From the IMG/VR virus record IMGVR_UViG_3300023435_000009: 64,000 nt of DNA; one strand, written 5' to 3'. The position numbers and the translations under genes were made by a program. Under the pieces are notes generated by a model. That model was not told the DNA's origin, ran no database searches, and worked only from the letters and a program-made list of their open reading frames with translations. Every line of letters starts with the position of its first letter. Position 1 is the first letter of the stretch. Origin of the DNA: a virus (lineage: Duplodnaviria; Caudoviricetes). Positions 63,868-64,000 of the stretch are shown here, in pieces.

Positions 63868-64000
63868 GTGAACCACCAGAATAAAAATGGTGGAACTAAG
63901 GGTGAGACTCCTACGTTCTCCGGGTTGTCCTTAAGGACAGCTACCCTGGAATGTGTCCAGTTCCAGGCTCTAGCGGTATCAAAGGACGAAACAAGACCTG
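63868..64000 (+). ncRNA. IscB omegaRNA scaffold, copy 3, truncated by window end (guide position 63846-63867)
   Basis: Colinear with copies 1 and 2, with compensatory stem changes (CTGAGA/TCTCAG to CTGGAA/TTCCAG). Confidence 0.8.

Noticed and set aside
24823-63900. CRISPR array
   Set aside because: The repeated IscB leader occurs as three dispersed copies, not as regularly spaced repeat-spacer units. No array was seen anywhere.
1-64000. tRNA or rRNA genes
   Set aside because: No cloverleaf with T-loop/D-loop consensus and no rRNA-like stretch was recognised in the short intergenic regions. A tRNAscan run would be needed to be certain.

Overview
This window looks like a 64 kb slice of a large (jumbo-like) lytic dsDNA bacteriophage genome. 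That is an inference from gene content: there are no host housekeeping genes, genes are densely packed and translationally coupled, and several virion proteins are very large. Layout: (i) 1-24 kb is a + strand tail/baseplate-type structural operon with four 1200-2100 aa proteins, interrupted by two free-standing homing endonucleases and a solo TnpB. (ii) 24.8-34 kb is an accessory region with two IscB/omegaRNA elements, membrane and lipoproteins, and DUF6011-, WGR-, DUF2924-, SLOG- and PGBD-like genes. (iii) 34-59 kb is a replication module: an SNF2-type helicase (2 inteins), a degenerate DnaC-like loader, a DnaB-like helicase (2 inteins), a stand-alone primase Zn finger and a family A DNA polymerase (1 intein). 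(iv) Embedded at 43.5-52.6 kb is the most striking feature: a beta-class DNA amino-methyltransferase cut into three separately encoded modules. There is one SAM-binding but DPPY-less subunit, six DPPY catalytic half-enzymes and six target-recognition modules, with evidence of recombinational shuffling. (v) A PARP-like ADP-ribosyltransferase, a DEDDh exonuclease, and a third IscB omegaRNA cut by the window edge. All three omegaRNAs carry the same 22-nt sequence in the guide position. A bipartite motif GGGATCATC-N12-AGAGTAG precedes three transcription units, including the WGR and PARP genes. All family assignments come from motif recognition by eye; no database searches were run.
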